In this document: piece after piece, positions 61,349 through 64,000 of the stretch
Layout: the number at the start of each line of letters is the position of its first letter
Position numbering within the stretch: the first letter of the stretch is position 1
NCBI GenBank assembly: GCA_031414775.1
Contig: JANOQI010000046.1
Coordinates: 64,001-128,000 of the forward strand
DNA from: Synechococcales cyanobacterium VAR_4_metabat_354
GTDB taxonomy: Bacteria > Cyanobacteriota > Cyanobacteriia > Cyanobacteriales > Chamaesiphonaceae
Direction of reading: 5' to 3'
DNA: 64,000 bases
Made by a program: the position numbers and the translations under genes
Notes under the pieces: model-generated
What the model saw: the letters and a program-made list of their open reading frames with translations, nothing else
The model's database searches: none
Told to the model about the DNA's origin: nothing

Positions 61349-62698
61349 ATGCTTCCTTGGCACTGGCGATCACTGCCTCTCGATAATCGGAGTGGTTCAC
61401 AGGTATTTAGCACTTTATTTTGGGCGGCATCGATCGCAACTTTATTAGAAAGTCCGGCGCAGTCTAGGCTAGCCATGTCTCGCTATTCGATCTGTGCTGG
61501 ATCGCCAAGAGTTATTAATGGAAAACAGCAGCTCTGGACACCACCGCTGGGCGAAATCATGCCTTTTTTGCGGCGGCTATTAGAGCGGGGACAGCCGCTA
61601 GCCCCCGATCTGAATTTACCATTTACCGGTGGCTGGTTGGGCTGGCTGGGTTATGAAACAGCTTGGGAACTGGAAAATCTGCCCCTACAACGCCCTGATT
61701 CTTTACCTTTTCCGGTGGCTTATTGGTATGAACCAGCCAATTTTGCTGTTTTAGATCACCAACAACAGCAACTGCATCTAGCAGCTACCGATCCAGATGA
61801 TTTAGTAGTGATGGCAGCTAAAATTACCACTGCGCATCAACCTACAACTATAGATTTGCTAGCAAATTTATCTAAATCACCACTAAATGTTAGCTTCTTA
61901 ACTACCGCTAAAGATTATCAACAATCTGTACTCCAGGCCAAAGAATATATTCAGGCCGGAGATATTTATCAGGCTAATCTTTCGATGCGTTTTACTGCTC
62001 AGATCGAGCAAAATAGTTGGTCGATCTACAAAAAATTGCATCAGATTAATCCTTCCCCCTTTGCTAGTTACTGGCAAACACCTTGGGGCGCGGTAATTAG
62101 TTGTTCACCGGAACGATTGGTGCGGCTGGATAGCCAACTGGCTCAGGTGCGTCCGATCGCTGGTACTAGACCACGAGGTGCCGATCTGCTCCAGGATCAA
62201 AAATTAGCTGAAATCTTACGAACCAATCCTAAAGAAATCGCTGAGCACATTATGCTAGTGGATTTAGAACGGAACGATTTGGGCAAAGTTTGTCAGTGGG
62301 GCACAGTTGAGGTGGATGAGTTGCTATCGATCGAACGTTATTCCCACGTCATGCATTTAGTCAGCAACATCCGAGGCAAACTAGCCGTCGGGCAAGATGC
62401 GATCGATCTGATTCAAGCGACTTTTCCCGGCGGCACCATTACCGGCTGCCCGAAGTTACGCTGCCTGGAAATCATTGCTGAATTAGAACCCAGTCCCCGC
62501 AACCTGTTCTATGGTTCCTGCGGTTACTTGGATCAACGTGGTCAGCTAGATTTGAATATTTTGATTAGAACTTTGCTCTATTATCAAGGACAAATTTGGG
62601 GGCAGGTAGGAGCTGGAATTGTGGCTGATAGCGACCCGGTACAAGAATGGGCAGAATCTTTACAAAAAGCTAAAGCACAAATTCAGGCCATTGGATAG
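61349..62698 (+). CDS. Chorismate-binding enzyme (aminodeoxychorismate synthase I / anthranilate synthase I family)
   Basis: SPERL, PIAGTRPRG, AEHIMLVDLERNDLG, FPGGTITGCPK; probably PabB-type. Confidence 0.9.
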   Translation: MLPWHWRSLPLDNRSGSQVFSTLFWAASIATLLESPAQSRLAMSRYSICAGSPRVINGKQQLWTPPLGEIMPFLRRLLERGQPLAPDLNLPFTGGWLGWLGYETAWELENLPLQRPDSLPFPVAYWYEPANFAVLDHQQQQLHLAATDPDDLVVMAAKITTAHQPTTIDLLANLSKSPLNVSFLTTAKDYQQSVLQAKEYIQAGDIYQANLSMRFTAQIEQNSWSIYKKLHQINPSPFASYWQTPWGAVISCSPERLVRLDSQLAQVRPIAGTRPRGADLLQDQKLAEILRTNPKEIAEHIMLVDLERNDLGKVCQWGTVEVDELLSIERYSHVMHLVSNIRGKLAVGQDAIDLIQATFPGGTITGCPKLRCLEIIAELEPSPRNLFYGSCGYLDQRGQLDLNILIRTLLYYQGQIWGQVGAGIVADSDPVQEWAESLQKAKAQIQAIG

Positions 62699-62792
62699 TG
62701 TTAAAGATGACAGAACGTCAGATAATTAGGCATTGACTATTTGATGTTGACTTCCAAAAGCATCAAAAATTTCCATCATTCTGTAATCTACA

Positions 62793-63062
62793 ATGACCGC
62801 TGAAAGTTATCTAAATCACCCCACTTTTGGTTTACTCTATCGCATTTGCGATCTGGGAGACGACCAAGAACTATTTACCACCCTCTACGCCCAGCGGATG
62901 TTTTTCCTGGTAAAAAACAGTGATGATGGCATCGCTTTTCAACCAATGACCCGCGCCGAATCGAGGATGATGGTGGATAACAGATTACGGATATTGCGTC
63001 GAGATGGCAATCTAGTAGAGCATGGCAAAATTCAGGCGATCCACAAACAAACATTTAGCTGA
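62793..63062 (+). CDS. pipX: PII-interacting protein X
   Basis: ESYLNHPTFGLLY...LFTTLYAQRMFFLV. Confidence 0.95.
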   Translation: MTAESYLNHPTFGLLYRICDLGDDQELFTTLYAQRMFFLVKNSDDGIAFQPMTRAESRMMVDNRLRILRRDGNLVEHGKIQAIHKQTFS

Positions 63063-63652
63063 TGGCTCCAGAAAAAAAGACAATCCGCCAACAACTGCTA
63101 ACTGAACGCCAGAACTTAAATAACTCTTTACACCAACAGCTCAGCTACAGGATCTGCCAACATTTAGAAGATTTTCTAGAACATCATCTCTCTAACAATC
63201 AAATAATACTGGCCTACTATCCTTATCGCCAAGAGCCAGACTTGTCACCGCTACTGCGACTTAGTAAATATCGGTGGGGTTTGCCACGTTGCTTGCCCGA
63301 TAATGCCACTGCTACCAAAATCGATCGACAGTTAGCTTGGCATCTTTGGCACGACGGAGAGCAGTTGATAACCAATCGTTATGGTTTGATGGAGCCAGCT
63401 GCCACCTCACCCGTCATTGATGTTGCTCAGGTTGGGGTGATTTTGATACCAGCGGTAGCGATCGATCAGCGGGGTTATCGATTGGGTTATGGGGGTGGAT
63501 ATTTCGATCAGCTGTTGAGTCAGCAAAATTGGCAGCTGGTCATGACGATCGGGGTGGTGTTTGATTTTGCATATGTACCCAAACTACCGGTAGATAAGTG
63601 GGATCAGCCGTTGGTTGCTATTTGTACAGAGTCCGGGCTAGTTAGTTTTTAG
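63062..63652 (+). CDS. 5-formyltetrahydrofolate cyclo-ligase
   Basis: EKKTIRQ, EPDL, YGLMEP, IPAVAID.RGYRLGYGGGYFD, WD. Confidence 0.93.
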   Translation: MAPEKKTIRQQLLTERQNLNNSLHQQLSYRICQHLEDFLEHHLSNNQIILAYYPYRQEPDLSPLLRLSKYRWGLPRCLPDNATATKIDRQLAWHLWHDGEQLITNRYGLMEPAATSPVIDVAQVGVILIPAVAIDQRGYRLGYGGGYFDQLLSQQNWQLVMTIGVVFDFAYVPKLPVDKWDQPLVAICTESGLVSF

Positions 63653-63797
63653 GCCAAGATTTTAAGAAACGATACCAGTCGCATGGATACCCTAGCGATG
63701 ACTGGCTTTCCGCGATATCATCAAAAGATTGTTAAGCTTGTTCGATATTTTTAAAAGTTTCTTGCCCTAAGCCTTAATAATTTTCAGGAGATAAAAT

Positions 63798-64000
63798 TTG
63801 GTTACTACAAATATGCTAAACACCACTAAGTCTGAGGAGATTTTTGCCTCCGCCCAAAAACTCATGCCCGGTGGAGTTAGCTCCCCAGTCCGTGCCTTCA
63901 AATCTGTGGGGGGACAGCCGATCGTATTTGATCGGGTTAAAGATGCCTATGTTTGGGATGTAGATGGTAACCAATATATCGATTATGTTGGCAGTTGGGG
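63798..64000 (+). CDS. hemL: Glutamate-1-semialdehyde 2,1-aminomutase (5' part; runs off window end)
   Basis: AGGAG + [60 protein letters not shown]. Confidence 0.95.
   Translation, partial: MVTTNMLNTTKSEEIFASAQKLMPGGVSSPVRAFKSVGGQPIVFDRVKDAYVWDVDGNQYIDYVGSW

Overview
Cyanobacterial chromosome segment: it is very rich in CGATCG/GCGATCGC HIP1 sites and carries ndhAIGE, nblA, pipX, ho1 and a Cph1-type phytochrome. Core genes (kdpAB, M1 aminopeptidase, purT, rnd-hisF, tRNA-Ala(GGC), ndhAIGE, photolyase, phosphohexomutase, CbbR-type LysR, murE, frr/pyrH, NAD kinase, pabB-like, pipX, hemL) are interrupted by two general-stress/desiccation-type gene clusters. The first (~2.7-9.5 kb) holds a LEA-like protein, GlsB/YeaQ, Dps, ChaB-like, PAS kinase, GT4 and CsbD. 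The second (~26-35.7 kb, next to an IS630 relic) holds a PRC-barrel protein, sterol-desaturase-like, YflT-like, BON, an unlisted NblA, GlsB, Pmp3, holin-like and a D27-like carotene isomerase. The most notable signal is a recurrent imperfect 7-4-7 palindrome (core TCTAYC-N4-GATAGA) in the promoter regions of both clusters. It usually occurs as spaced pairs, and the proximal copy ends 21-23 nt before a -10-like hexamer, suggesting a shared, apparently uncharacterised activator regulon. Also found: several unlisted small ORFs, HLR1 and Zur boxes, three signalling enzymes with substituted catalytic residues, a 178-bp MITE and IS relics. No CRISPR or rRNA was seen. All family assignments come from motif recognition by eye, not from database searches.
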